From assembly GCA_963789395.1 (NCBI GenBank), contig CAWBKP010000014.1:192001-256000 (forward strand): a stretch of 64,000 bases of DNA, read 5' to 3'. Shown here in pieces: positions 63,931-64,000 of the stretch. The first letter of the stretch is position 1, and each line of letters begins with the position of its first letter. This DNA is from an uncultured delta proteobacterium. GTDB lineage: Bacteria > Desulfobacterota > Desulfobacteria > Desulfobacterales > Desulfatirhabdiaceae. Under the pieces are notes generated by a model. It was given only the letters and a program-made list of their open reading frames with translations. It ran no database searches and was not told the origin of the DNA. A program made the position numbers and the translations under genes.

Positions 63931-64000
63931 TTACGCCGCCTTATTCATGGCCAGTTTGATGGGATTGGGTCCCAGATCACGGATCCGCTGATCCATTTCC
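63931..64000 (-). CDS. C-terminal end of a probable MvhD/FlpD-like subunit (partial)
   Basis: ...EMDQRIRDLGPNPIKLAMNKAA*; an LGPNP ending and position before metV fit MvhD. Confidence 0.55.
   Translation of the reverse strand, partial: EMDQRIRDLGPNPIKLAMNKAA

Overview
A 64-kb chromosomal window that looks like an anaerobic Desulfobacterota (Desulfobacterales-like) bacterium. This is inferred from gene content, not from a search. (1) 1-10.2 kb, minus strand: an IclR-preceded class II (tungsten-type) benzoyl-CoA-reductase-like cluster, bamB-C-D-E-F-G-H (H truncated by the window edge). BamB has a divergent active-site loop, BamF has an in-frame TGA (Sec), and the cluster carries about 10 frameshifts. 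(2) 10.3-28.1 kb, mostly housekeeping: prfC, GAF-ANTAR regulator, rpiB-glyA-dCMP deaminase-nrdR-ribD-ribE-ribBA-ribH-nusB-trpB2, and an NtrY/NtrX-like pair. (3) 28.2-39.9 kb, an accessory, partly AT-richer block: Sec-containing selD, a double-cubane-cluster reductase plus its ATP-dependent activator in one gene run with yedF and two unknown genes, a TOBE/Mop protein, a decayed molybdenum-carrier gene and an orphan RelE/HigB-like ORF. (4) 39.9-57 kb: ybaK, a split glutamate synthase-carA-carB-purF run with a structured leader, rnhA, an NFACT-R protein, a B12 radical SAM enzyme and mltG. (5) 57-64 kb: (mvhD)-metV-metF, then a response regulator, a Sec-containing HdrD-like Fe-S protein hidden as two ORFs, and two histidine kinases. 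Three in-frame TGA codons are each followed by a GGA-loop hairpin (candidate SECIS). A dispersed palindrome plus heptad-repeat element occurs four times. No rRNA, tRNA, CRISPR array or intact transposase was seen. All protein calls come from motif recognition by eye.
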